DNA of 63,268 nt, the filler included, from Octopus bimaculoides (lineage: Eukaryota): NCBI RefSeq assembly GCF_001194135.2. It is 5 parts of 4 records of this genome, joined end to end, with 100 filler letters (N's around TTAATTAATTAA, not from the genome) between each part and the next. Parts side by side here need not be neighbours in the genome. Positions count along the whole stretch, not along the records: positions 31,817 to 50,505 come from NC_068986.1; positions 50,606 to 63,268 come from NC_068990.1; 3 more parts are not named here. One strand, given 5' to 3'. Shown piece after piece: positions 39,566-51,259 of the stretch. Every line of letters begins with the position of its first letter. Within the stretch, counting starts at the first letter, position 1. The position numbers and the translations under genes were made by a program. The notes beneath the pieces were generated by a model. The model did not search any database, was not told where the DNA came from, and saw nothing but the letters and a program-made list of their open reading frames with translations.

Positions 39566-41029
39566 CTCACTCTCATTCACTTTTCTGATGGCATTTTTAC
39601 GTCCTACTTCCGGTTATTTAAATTTCCAGCATTTTTTCACTTTTATTGAAGCGCAATCCTTCATTATTTTGCATTTTTTCTTTCTTTTCCTTTACTTTCC
39701 CCTTTTATTTATCTCCTTTATTCTTTATCTACATTTCATTTTTGCTTCATCTCTCTCCTCTACTTCTCTAATACCGCTCTATCTCTCACTTGCTATCTAC
39801 CCCCCTCTCTTTATTCCTCTCTCTCTCTCTTCGGCTCTCCTATTGACGCTCTCATCCCCAATCTAAGTTATTATTTATTTACTTTTCTTTCTCACATAAT
39901 TGAGTTTTTGTTGTTATTTTACTATTATTTCCGTCTTTGCAAACTTTTTTCTTCAAACTTCTTTCTACCAAACACAGCGCAACTACTCATACTTAGACGA
40001 ACGCACCCACACACCCACGCACCCGTGCACCTACGCGTGTACACACGTACACACACACTTTCTCTCTCTCTCTCACACACACACACACACGAATGCACAC
40101 ACAAACATAGACAACGTCATAACGACAGTCTACAACTACAGCAACAACTATGACAACAACATCCTTTCTCTTCTATATAACTTAGCTTCTTAAGTATTTA
40201 TGCTTGAATAAATAATTATTCTTTTCCTTTTCTTTACTTATTTTCTTTCCTGCTATTTATTTAGTGTATATTTTTTCTTCGTTCTATATTCCATGTCCCC
40301 GCTCCTAAAATAAATAAGTAAATAAACAAAATGAGGGAGGTTGACGCCAAACAGTTTCAAAAGATTGGAAAGTTCTTAGAACGGGGTAACGAATAAATTT
40401 AAGAAATATTTTGATCCTTTCAGAAACCTAGGCAACTTTCAATACTTAAAAAAAAAAGAACAAAAGACAAAAACAAAAAGACATAAATAAAATAAAATAA
40501 ACAAATAATAATAATAAAAATCAGACATTCCAGACGTTTCTTGTTATCATTGATTTTTATTTTGCTGTTATTATTTTAGTTTTGCTTTGTCTATTTTTGC
40601 TTTTCATCTCTCCTCCCCCTTTCTTTCTCTTTCACTCTAAGAGCTTCGTTTTCAACAGAATAAAACAGAAACAAAAAAGAAAAGCCGGAATAAAAATGAA
40701 TAAATAAATAAACAATTTATTAAAGATGGCGATACATAAAACGAGAACGCTCATTGAATATCTTCACAACATTTGTCACGAAGAATATAGACCTGAACAG
40801 CTTGTTTCATTTATAAGTTGAAGATCTAACTACTCAAGCTGAACTCAGAAATATCACAAGAAAAAACGTCTCTCAACAGAATAAGAAAAAAGTATTTTAA
40901 GTGACAAAAAAGGGAGGATAGAAAAAAAACGATGTGCTTGGTTGGAAGGAATAAGAAAAAACATGAAAAAATGTATTCCATCATTAAATATTATGCTGCC
41001 GGGTTCATCATGATTGACTATTATTATTA

Positions 41030-41091
<62 letters not shown>

Positions 41092-41132
41092 GGCAAATCC
41101 CGGCTCCAAGAATTTGTTGTCATTATTATTGA

Positions 41133-41260
41133 AAGGATTGTTAGAGCGTCGGACAAAACGCCTTGCAGTATTTAGTGACGGCCCTTTATATTCAGAGCTT
41201 CACATGCCACCGAGATCGACTTTGCTGTTTATCCTTCCGGGGTGAATGAACTAATGTACT
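41133..41260 (+). mobile_element. SINE family B-like head, decayed
   Basis: GTTAGAGCGTCGGACAAAACGCC..GAGATCGACTTTGC..ATCCTTCCGGGG. Confidence 0.65.
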
Positions 41261-43169
41261 AAACAAAAATTGACGACTGTTCATTTCCACCAAATTTCTG
41301 TACCTGTGCCTATTAAAGAAGTTAATATTCTTATAATTTGGCAAAATCAACCGAGAAGCAGAACCTGCCACCACAAACAAAAAAAGTGTTCAAGAAATGC
41401 TTCTCCAAAGCAATACACAAACACACATGCAACTGCATCGTGTCATCCAGGTCGTACTTTGACAGGATATTTATCAGACCAGCGAATATGGAGAGCGTAG
41501 ATTGATCATATTTTCAACCGATCAGCTACACAGACCACAAATTTGTGATCTGTACAGTCTATCAGATAGACAGCATAGTCCGGTCTCTAGAAACTGAGCA
41601 CATTATTTCCGATGCAGAAATAGACCACGTTAGAGACTTAGTTAAGCGGGGTGGGGTGACGAAGGAAGTCGTTAACAATTTTGGGAGGGTGTGCGGGGGC
41701 AGAGCCTTTAAAATGACTAATAGAATAGAGTTGATAGATTCAGCCAGTAATGATAGAGAGAACTAGTTCAGATTATATGTAATCTATTTCTAGTGAACAA
41801 ACTATAAGACGCTACACTGTCGAAGCTAAGACCCATGCTGTTAAACATGAGGAAACGAAAGCCGTTTGATGGCACCGTGTAGAAGAGTCGCAACGTGTTA
41901 GTAAAACCACAATTCCATCATGATTGTTCAGGATTGATTCGTGCTACTCAATATTAGGCAGCTTTCCAACAGCACCTTCCTCACCAACATAGTGCAAGCG
42001 ATGGGCCGGAGAACTTAGCTGACTTTATTTCAAACGAAAAGGTGTGAAAAAACATAAAATCCGTCCATGCTGTAAGGACCAGCTTGGTAAGAACCCTCCA
42101 ACTTGATTACAGGAAAATCTTTTACATAAATTAGCTTAAAGTAAGCTGATTCACATCATAAGAATTTTGTCAATACTACAATACAGATAACAGCATCGAC
42201 CTCATCAACATAATTTGACATTTAGAACATTATCAATAAAATTGGCTACAAAACTAATGTGAAATATATAATTTTTCAAGTTTATGATGAGCAATAAACA
42301 TCGATTTTGAAACAACCAAGCAAAATATTTCATAGACACACACAATTAATTACTTCCTGCATTCATATACGGATTAATTTTACATAAAAATCTTAGCAGC
42401 ATACTTATCGTAATAGAATAAACAGTTTCTTTTCATTTCATTCTTTATTTTTTTTGTAATATATTCTTCGCACTTGGTTAGTAATAATCTTAAAATAACC
42501 TCATTTTATTATTCAATTAATAGAGCACCAATATGTAAAAGATAAGGATATTGTAATAGTGGGAAAATGAAATCTTATTTCAACACACATTTCCTTCTCA
42601 TCTTATTTGGAGATAGAATAACGTCACATCATTACTAAATCGACATAGAAACCACGAACTTCTAACCCAAGAATACATTTAGATATATTCAAGAATATAT
42701 ATATATATATATANNNNNNNNNNATATGAACAAAGTAATACATTTATCTACGCATATACAGGTACATGGAAAGTTCAAATGAATATGCTAATGTTCAGAC
42801 GAATATACGCTTAGAATAAATTCAAAATTCATTGACACTCAAACAGAAAGATATATAAACAAGAACGTTAAAATGTACAGATAGACAAACCAATAACTCA
42901 AACATAACAGACTATAGGAAAAGACATATGTAATTCAAAAGGCTAAAAAGAAAACAAAAAAAAATTCATTTTCATTTGAATTTTAAAGAAGCAGAAATAG
43001 ATGAATTATGAAACATTACCTGAAGAAAAGAATTTCTGAAACTAATAAAAGTGAGAATAATGATATCTGATTCAACAAATAATTATATGAATTATATGTA
43101 TATATATATTAGTTTATATATGTAGGTATGTATGAATGTAGGTATGTGTGCGTCTATAAATTTATTTTA

Positions 43170-43365
43170 CTTATTTCAGACATTAGACTGCGGCCAAGCT
43201 GGTGCACCGCATTACAGAATTTTAGTCGAATAAATCGACATCAGGGCTTACTAGATATTTTAAGTCAGGTATTTATTCTATCGGTCTCTTTCGCCGAACC
43301 GCTATGTTACGGGTATGTAAATACTAATACCGTTTATGAACTGGTGGTGGGGGACAAGTATAGAC
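43170..43365 (-). mobile_element. SINE family A 3' half
   Basis: TTAGACTGCGGCCAAGCTGGTGCACCGC..GCCGAACCGCTATGTTACGGG. Confidence 0.85.
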
Positions 43366-43426
43366 ACACGCGCGCACACACACATATGTATATGCATATA
43401 CATAAATATATATAAATATAGATATG

Positions 43427-43465
<39 letters not shown>

Positions 43466-43613
43466 NNNNNNNNNNNNNNNNNNNNNATTCCGTAAATAAT
43501 AATAATAGTATTTTATAAGCTTAACGCTATAAGCGATTACTGCAGAATGACTAAAGAAAATAGTCTAATAATGGGGTATATAAGCCCTCGACAGAAAAAA
43601 AAGTAGGTTTCCC

Positions 43614-43685
43614 CGTACGCATGGGACTCGAACCCACACCTCTTTCTTTACGTGATTTAGTGTGATACCGTTACACCAACGAACC
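43614..43685 (-). pseudogene. tRNA-like pseudogene (Thr-CGT-like), left arm of an inverted repeat
   Basis: 72 nt; TGGTGTAACGG A box, CACGTAA loop, GTGGGTTCGAGTCCCAT T arm, downstream T run. Confidence 0.55.
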
Positions 43686-43838
43686 AACTCCTTGCATTCT
43701 GTGAGGTTTAAGAACATGTTTCTGAATTGTAAAAATCGACGCTGCTTAACAAAGACATCGCAGTGAAAGCACATGGAAGTTTGTTTACAAAAACAACTAC
43801 GAACTAATTATAGTTCTTAAATCTGAGAGAAGCAGATT

Positions 43839-43904
43839 GGTGCGTTGGTGTAACAGTAGCAGACTTGGTCACGTAAACAAAGAGGTGTGGGTCCCATGCG
43901 CACG
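43839..43904 (+). pseudogene. tRNA-like pseudogene (Thr-CGT-like), right arm; T loop deleted
   Basis: GGTGCGT/GCGCACG acceptor stem (6 of 7 pairs), TTGGT-CACGTAA-ACAAA anticodon arm, B box missing 6 nt. Confidence 0.5.
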
Positions 43905-44049
43905 GGGAAACCTTTTTTCTGTGGAGGTGGGGTTTATATGCCCTGTTATTAGACTATTGTCTTTAAAAGATTAAAAAAGATTTGAATGGTGCAACAATGC
44001 ACTATAATACAAAAAATGGACTATATACCTGTTGTAATTTAGTTATCCA

Positions 44050-44095
44050 TAGTCCGATAATATTTCGGAATACTATTCCTTCTTCAGATATTCTA
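44050..44095 (-). ncRNA. Penelope-type hammerhead-like motif, decayed
   Basis: Reverse strand CTGAAGA A GGAAT-AGT-ATTCC GAAA TAT T; perfect 5-bp stem II and palindromic ATAT stem III. Confidence 0.4.
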
Positions 44096-44405
44096 AGATG
44101 GAGTCGCTGCTATAATCTGTTTTAAACGGCTTTTGGATCTTTTTTAAAACGGGGGCCACATTTTTCATAAATGTTTTACGTAGTGTTTTTGGTACCGAAA
44201 GACTTTCAAACTTCGAATACTTATCTATTTTGTGTTATAGAACAGAAAAATATTTTTGTATTCGAATTTATTTCATGTAAAAAATTGTCTTATTTCGATA
44301 ATTTCAACCAATTACTGACGTCCATTCAGCCGATATACATTAAGTGCCGACTACATAAACAAACGATTCTTCGTTTTATTTGCTTTTTTCATTTTAAATT
44401 TGCTT

Positions 44406-44435
44406 TAACCCTAACCCTAACCCTAACTCTAACCC
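44406..44435. repeat. Telomere-type (TAACCC)5 array running into a gap
   Basis: Five units, one variant (TAACTC); N gap 44438-45137 follows. Confidence 0.85.
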
Positions 44436-45137
44436 TTNNNNNNNNNNNNNNNNNNNNNNNNNNNNNNNNNNNNNNNNNNNNNNNNNNNNNNNNNNNNNNN
44501 NNNNNNNNNNNNNNNNNNNNNNNNNNNNNNNNNNNNNNNNNNNNNNNNNNNNNNNNNNNNNNNNNNNNNNNNNNNNNNNNNNNNNNNNNNNNNNNNNNNN
44601 NNNNNNNNNNNNNNNNNNNNNNNNNNNNNNNNNNNNNNNNNNNNNNNNNNNNNNNNNNNNNNNNNNNNNNNNNNNNNNNNNNNNNNNNNNNNNNNNNNNN
44701 NNNNNNNNNNNNNNNNNNNNNNNNNNNNNNNNNNNNNNNNNNNNNNNNNNNNNNNNNNNNNNNNNNNNNNNNNNNNNNNNNNNNNNNNNNNNNNNNNNNN
44801 NNNNNNNNNNNNNNNNNNNNNNNNNNNNNNNNNNNNNNNNNNNNNNNNNNNNNNNNNNNNNNNNNNNNNNNNNNNNNNNNNNNNNNNNNNNNNNNNNNNN
44901 NNNNNNNNNNNNNNNNNNNNNNNNNNNNNNNNNNNNNNNNNNNNNNNNNNNNNNNNNNNNNNNNNNNNNNNNNNNNNNNNNNNNNNNNNNNNNNNNNNNN
45001 NNNNNNNNNNNNNNNNNNNNNNNNNNNNNNNNNNNNNNNNNNNNNNNNNNNNNNNNNNNNNNNNNNNNNNNNNNNNNNNNNNNNNNNNNNNNNNNNNNNN
45101 NNNNNNNNNNNNNNNNNNNNNNNNNNNNNNNNNNNNN

Positions 45138-45170
<33 letters not shown>

Positions 45171-45312
45171 GACGGACTTCTTTCAGTTTCCGTCTACCAA
45201 ACCCACTCACACGGCTTTGGTCGGCCCGAGGCTATAGTAGAACACACTTGCCAAGGTGCCACTGAACTCGGAACCATGTGGTTGGGAAACAAGCTTCTTA
45301 CTACAGAGCCAC
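45171..45312 (-). mobile_element. SINE family A head
   Basis: Near-consensus match. Confidence 0.88.
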
Positions 45313-45316
45313 ATCT

Positions 45317-45991
45317 GTGGAGAAGTCAAATATTATCCGCACTTTCGCTATAACCTATCTTTATTATTGTCACACCACCTTCTGCGCATGCGTGCATATA
45401 GTTAGTACTATTGCGGTGCCGTGAACGAAATTTGAGCCTGGTCGCGCCATTTTTCTTTCTGACTTTACAGTGTAAGCACAGCCGCTCCACTAGCAATGTG
45501 CACCAAAGAAGAACAAGTAGCAATGATCCGATTTCTCTGGAAAAGGGGATCAACAGTGCAAGATACAGTGCTTTGCCGGCCAACAAACTGAAGCCAGTAA
45601 TCTGCACTAAACGCCGAAGCCTATTGTCCAATAAAGTTTTGTTACTGCATGACAATGCACACCCACACACGGTCACCCAGACTGTTGAAACCAATAACCA
45701 ATTGGGTTTTGAGGTGCTGAAACATCTTACCTACAGCCCAGAACTCAGCCCTTCCGACCATCATATCTTTGGACTGCCGAAACATGGTTTAGAGCTCGTC
45801 GATTTCCTACGGATGAAGATGTGAAGGAAGCGGTGCAAAAATGGTTGCACGACCAATCGAAAACCTTCTTCTTGGAGGGAATACTCAAGCTTGTGAAAGG
45901 AAACTATATAGAAAAATGAAGTACTTGTTTATCCCCTGTTTTTGTGTAAATACATTGAAAAAACAAGAGTGCGTATAATTGTTGACTCTCC
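45317..45991 (+). mobile_element. mariner (DD34D) internal-deletion derivative
   Basis: TIRs GGAGAAGTCAAATATTATCCGCAC / GTGCGTATAATTGTTGACTCTCC; LLHDNAHPH..YSPELSPSD with 34 residues between the two Asp (counted). Confidence 0.9.
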
Positions 45992-46244
45992 NNNNNNNNN
46001 NNNNNNNNNNNNNNNNNNNNNNNNNNNNNNNNNNNNNNNNNNNNNNNNNNNNNNNNNNNNNNNNNNNNNNNNNNNNNNNNNNNNNNNNNNNNNNNNNNNN
46101 NNNNNNNNNNNNNNNNNNNNNNNNNNNNNNNNNNNNNNNNNNNNNNNNNNNNNNNNNNNNNNNNNNNNNNNNNNNNNNNNNNNNNNNNNNNNNNNNNNNN
46201 NNNNNNNTATATTTGTATGTATGTATGTATGTATGTATGTATAC

Positions 46245-46405
46245 AAGAGGCTCCTTTCAGTTTCCGTCTACTAAATCTACTCACAAGGCTTTGTCGGCTC
46301 GAGGCAATAGTAGAAGACACTTGCCCAAGGTGCCAGAAAGGACAGTAGGATTGAACCCGGAACCATGTGGTTGGGAATAAAGCTTCATATCACATAGCCA
46401 CGCTT
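46245..46405 (-). mobile_element. SINE family A head
   Basis: TTTCAGTTTCCGTCTACTAAATCTACTCACAAGGC..ATAGCCACG. Confidence 0.85.
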
Positions 46406-46485
46406 GCGCCTGTTCGTATGTGTGTGTTTGTGTGTGTGAAGTTGTGTGTATATGGTGGGATAAGTAAAGGTAAGTGTATATGTAT

Positions 46486-46519
<34 letters not shown>

Positions 46520-46522
46520 TTA

Positions 46523-47110
46523 TCATAAGGGCACACGAAACGCCTACCTGCTAGAAAGTGGAGTTAAAACCCACAGAAAAACTATCAATAACACTGAAAA
46601 ATATAACAGAAAACAACAGTAGTCGATCGGGCGATCGGGTGAAGAATTTCGTCATACCATCATAGCTACATGCTATATAATAGTCTGGCATTTGGATACA
46701 TTTGTATCATGATTTCGAGTACTGGTGAAAAAGCCTTAACACTCTGCGGACATTAATAACAATAATAATATCTACATAAATGTTCGCATTTAAATATTTA
46801 CTCCTTAATATATTTACACTGATATTGTTCTGATTTTGGCGCAAAACAAGTCAGAACGCCAACAGACTTCAACGAGACGAGTTGAATTGTTTCACTTGGT
46901 AAAACTTGCTGAGGAGAATGAAGACCTTTTCGCCAGAACTCAAAATCAAATGTCTCTAAATGCCTGACTATATAGCATTTAGCTAGATGGTATGTCTCAA
47001 TTCTTTACCTGTTCGCCCGACTGCTGTTGTAATTTTCAGTGTTATTAGTGGTTTATCTGGGGTTTTTAGCTCCACTTTCTAGCAGGTAGGCACCTCGTGT
47101 GCCCTTATGA
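46523..47110. mobile_element. Foldback/MITE with ~180-bp imperfect TIRs, TA-flanked
   Basis: TA|TCATAAGGGCACACGA..CCTACCTGCTAGAAAGTGGAG mirrored by CTCCACTTTCTAGCAGGTAGG..TCGTGTGCCCTTATGA|TA. Confidence 0.85.
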
Positions 47111-47270
47111 TAAGTATAAATTTTAATTCTATAGCTGTCCAACGCTATTTAATGCCTGCAATCACCTGTATTATTGTTGTTATTGCCAATTATTTATATT
47201 TACTGCAGACAATAACAATAATAATTATATCTACATAAATGTTCGCATTTGAATATTTACTCCTTATATT

Positions 47271-47308
<38 letters not shown>

Positions 47309-47314
<6 letters not shown>

Positions 47315-48454
47315 ACAGAAGTAAATAGATACCCTTTAAAGCATCGTTTTATGTTCACTCTAACTTGTAAAGTCTTATAATTTTTATTAATTGACATTAT
47401 TTGTTTCAAGTTCTATGTGTGACTGTTTAATCATGTCATGTACAAAAGAAGCCTTGGAACTGTCTGAATTTCAAAGAGGGGCCATATTGTGGGTCAATCT
47501 GAAGGGGAACATAGTCAGCGTAAAATCTCAGAAAATCTTGGGATTCCGCTTTCAACAGTTAATAGAGTGATTGTGCAATTCACCAGAGAGAGGAAAATGA
47601 CTATATCACCTTGGCCAGGTTGACCAGGGCTCTCTGACAGGACCCTTCTTTTTGTTAAGAGAAATATGGAGAATAATACTCACTGCAAGGCCTGACATGG
47701 CAGAACATGTTGATGTCAGTCCCAGAACAGCTGTCAGGTATCTCCACAAACTTGGTTACTATGGCAGAGCAGCAAGAAGAAAGACACTTGTTTGGCCAAC
47801 CAATATCAAGTGGAGAAAAGATTGGGCCAGTGAGATGGTGGAGAGGCCACTAGCATTTTGGGACACAATCATATTCTTCAATAGGTCCAGATTTGCTGTA
47901 GTTTCTGACAGTGGTCGAGTGTGGATCTAGAGACTGTGATCAAGAATTTGACATCGAAAGATTGCAGCCAACAATGAAATATGGCAGCTATTCTGTGTTG
48001 GTCTGGGGAACAATTTGGAGCAATGGTCAATCAGAGTTGGTGGAGTGTGAGGGAACATAAACTCGGATGCGTCCATATTGCAGAAGAACTCCTTCCAATC
48101 TTCTCCAATGGTGAAATGATGAAAGAAGACTCTTTATTTATAGAAGATGGAGCTCCTTCATACACGGCTAAAATGACCCAAGATTTGTTGAATGAGAATG
48201 GCTTCCATGGCTAAGCCACTCACCAGATATGAACCCTATTGAACACTTCTGGGGTATAATGGACAGAACACTTCATAGAAACTTGGTAAGAAATTCCCCA
48301 AGAGAATATTCGTCATGCCTAAAAGGGTCCTTGCATTGAAAAATGAAAGGGGAAATATTCATATCATAATAATTGATAAATAATTTGAATGTATAATTTC
48401 AGATTTAAATAAATTTTAACGATTATAAGGGTGTCTATTTACTTCTGTCGTGTG
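47309..48454 (+). mobile_element. Tc1-like (DDxE) transposon, both TIRs, transposase pseudogene
   Basis: 28-bp TIRs with 2 mismatches (CACA[T/C]GACAGAAGTAAATAGA[T/C]ACCCTT); [11 protein letters not shown] start, EDGAPS, SPDMNPIEH; multiple stops. Confidence 0.92.
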
Positions 48455-48577
48455 TGTGTCTGTGTGTATAAGTACACACAAGTATATTTTTACAAAAGCT
48501 ATACGCGTATGTATGTATGTATGTATGTATGTATGTATGTATGTATGTATGTATGTATGTATGTATGTCGGTATATT

Positions 48578-48705
48578 AGGTGAAATGGCAGAGTCGTGAG
48601 AATGCCGGTTAGAATGACTTACGTTATTTGTTCCGACTCTGTGCACACAGTTCAAATCTCACCGAAGCCAACGTTGCCTTTCATCTTCTTGTGACCGATA
48701 AATAG
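48578..48705 (+). mobile_element. SINE family B-like head, decayed
   Basis: GGTGAAATGGCAGAGTCG..GTTCAAATCTCACCGAAG..TTGCCTTTCATC. Confidence 0.6.
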
Positions 48706-49230
48706 TGTATGAGTTCAGGTTGATGGATCGGCGGAATTGTTTGAGTGTCGAATGGGTTGCTTTGCGGCATCTGTTCCAGTTCTGTGAGTTCTTAGCTCAA
48801 ATTCCACTCCGTCACCGGAAAACATTTCACGAGTTGCGATCCACCAGTATTTAACAATATGAAAGAAATTAAAAAGAAAAAACAACCTCAAAAACTAAAC
48901 AATGGAAACATACTTTCCCATGTGTGATGTACGCTAGCTAGCTAGCTAGATAGATAGATAGATATATAGATAAATAGATATGTTTCTTTATTAGCCACAC
49001 AGGGCCGAAAACAGAGGGGACAAAATACAATGTAGAGCTTTTCTTTCGGAGAAAGAACACCCAACAAACGCTCATAAAAAAATTTATAACAATTTTTACC
49101 TCCCCCTCCACTTTTGTCAACCCATAAGGAGACAAAATAGAATTAACCTCCCTATCATTTCTTCTTTTGCCGTATTATATATTGACATATTTTGAAGTTT
49201 AAAATCGTTTTAATATTAATGAAACATGAT

Positions 49231-49444
49231 GCATTGGCTTCAAATTTTGTTACTGGGCCAGCAATTTTAGGGGAGGGGGTTAGTCGATTACATCGACCCC
49301 AGTACTCAACTTCTTATCTTATCGGCCCCGAAAGGATGAAAGGAAAAACCGACCTGAGCGGAATGTGAACGGTAAAGACGATCGAAGCTCCGTTAAACAT
49401 TTTGTCCGGCGTGCTAACGATTCTACCAGCTCACCGCCTTATTT
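49231..49444 (-). mobile_element. SINE family B with 14-bp target-site duplication
   Basis: TAATGAAACATGAT at 49217-49230 and 49445-49458. Confidence 0.9.
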
Positions 49445-49649
49445 TAATGAAACATGATACGTTTCCCCACCTTCGGTACACACTTCACAGTAGCTTCTCT
49501 CATTCCAAGGAGTTTTATCCATCTATGAAGACAACTAGTTTATCCCGTTCTCGAGATGACTGTGTATAATTTGAAGAAATTTGGTTTTTATATTTAGCAG
49601 GTGAGAGCGAAATTAAGTTACCGTTTTTGGATATTATAGTTATGATAAA

Positions 49650-49851
49650 AATACTCCTTTCTACTATAGGCACAAGGCCTGAAATTTGGAGAAGGGGGAT
49701 AATCGATTATACCAATCCCAGTACTCAACTAGTACTCATTTTATCGACCCCAAAAGGATGAAATGCAAAGTAGATCTCTGCATAATTTGAACTCAGATCC
49801 TATAGATGGACGAAATACCGGAGTGCTAACGATTCTGCCAGCTTACCGCCT
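49650..49851 (-). mobile_element. SINE family B
   Basis: Tail CTACTATAGGCACAAGGCCTGAAAT; head GCTAACGATTCTGCCAGCTTACCGCC. Confidence 0.88.
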
Positions 49852-50092
49852 AACTGATGGAATATCTGATATATTGATAGAACCAGATTTTCAAATGCAG
49901 ACGCGCGGGCGCGCACACAGACATACACACACACACTTGTAAATGTATTCTGACATACATTCTAGACTGTTTACAAAACGTCGTCGTCGACGACGACGAT
50001 GACGATAATGCTAACGATTTTGTTGCTGGTGGTGATGATGATGACGATGGTGATGAGGATACCAATAATACTGATTATTATTATTATTAAAG

Positions 50093-50310
50093 AGGCGGTG
50101 AACTAGCAGAATCGTTACACGCCGGGCGAAATGCTTAGCGGTATTTCGTATGCCGCTATGTTCTGATTTCAAATTCCGCCGAAGTCGACTTTGCCTCTCA
50201 TCATTTCGGGGTCGATAAATTAAGTACCAGTTACGTACTGAGCCGATGTAATCAACTATCCCCTCCCCCAAAACTTCAGGCCTTGTGCCTTTAGTAGGAA
50301 GGATTATTAT
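50093..50310 (+). mobile_element. SINE family B, full length, young
   Basis: AGGCGGTGAACTAGCAGAATCG..GGGGTCGATAAATTAAGTACCAG..GGATTATTAT; CpG intact. Confidence 0.92.
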
Positions 50311-50505
50311 TTTTATAACGTGCTTTCACTTCACTACCGAGCGCAGCTCTGTGCGCCTTGGGTATGTGCTGTGGTTTGCTGTGGTGCTCTTATATTTACT
50401 GTATTGAAAGTGTTTTGCGTAGAATGTGTGCAGTACCCAGTAGTGCAATTTTCTGTATGTTATATATATTTGTAAGTCCTGGTGTTTTTGTTATGTATTT
50501 GTCTG
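50311..50505 (-). mobile_element. R4/Dong-like LINE 3' end, apparently young
   Basis: Minus-strand DKYITKTPGLTNIYNIQKIALLGTAHILRKTLSIQ*, then a 3' UTR ending in (AAT)n; cut by the spacer. Confidence 0.85.
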
Positions 50506-50605
50506 NNNNNNNNNNNNNNNNNNNNNNNNNNNNNNNNNNNNNNNNNNNNTTAATTAATTAANNNNNNNNNNNNNNNNNNNNNNNNNNNNNNNNNNNNNNN
50601 NNNNN
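50506..50605. other. Artificial scaffold spacer N44-TTAATTAATTAA-N44
   Basis: 12-mer at 50550-50561. Confidence 0.95.
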
Positions 50606-51029
50606 CTGTTTTCGAGGAGGCGTGCTCCATAGCAACAGAGTGGCCTAGTGAATTTAACCTCATAATAATATTAATAAAAAAGAAGCAAAACAAAACACGA
50701 CCCAGATGTTTGTATGCTGACTACGCAGGTTTTTTTAGGATTACGAGATTTTGTATAAAATATATTGGATTCGCAGTGCCTGCATCCATTTTCTTGCTAC
50801 AATATGTCGCAGGCATAAAATGTGACTTGCACGAAATAAAGAATATACGTAGAATTAAATAATTTAAAGCAAAATGCTAAAACGGCATGTTTGCTTGAAT
50901 GTGAATATATATAATGGCAACAGATGCAAGAGAAACATATAACACTAGGACAGCCATTATAAGCAGATTTCGTTTTTGAGTAAAAGGTTTGGTTATATCG
51001 GTATTAGAGAAATTAGAAAAGCGGTTTGA

Positions 51030-51250
51030 AAGGCGATGAGCTGGTAGAATAAAACGACAGACAAAATATCTTAACGGTATTTCCTTCGGATCTTTACATT
51101 CTCAGTTCAAAAACCGGCCGAGATGGACTTTGCATTTCGCCTTTTCCGGGTGGATAAAATAAATGCCAGCTGACCAATGGGAGTCGATGTAATCTACTCA
51201 CCCTCTCCCTTCAAATGTTTCAGGCCTTGTCCCTAAAGTAGAAAAGGTTA
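51030..51250 (+). mobile_element. SINE family B, decayed full length
   Basis: AGGCGATGAGCTGGTAGAAT..TTTCAGGCCTTGTCCCTAAAGTAGAAAAGG. Confidence 0.8.
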
Positions 51251-51259
51251 TTTACATTT

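Noticed and set aside
41270-42120. Unique-looking sequence with 73-76 aa ORFs
   Set aside because: No recognisable motif and no convincing splice-site pair.
43020-43050. CTGAAGA..GAAA hammerhead-like spacing
   Set aside because: Stem II is marginal and stems I and III do not pair; consistent with chance.
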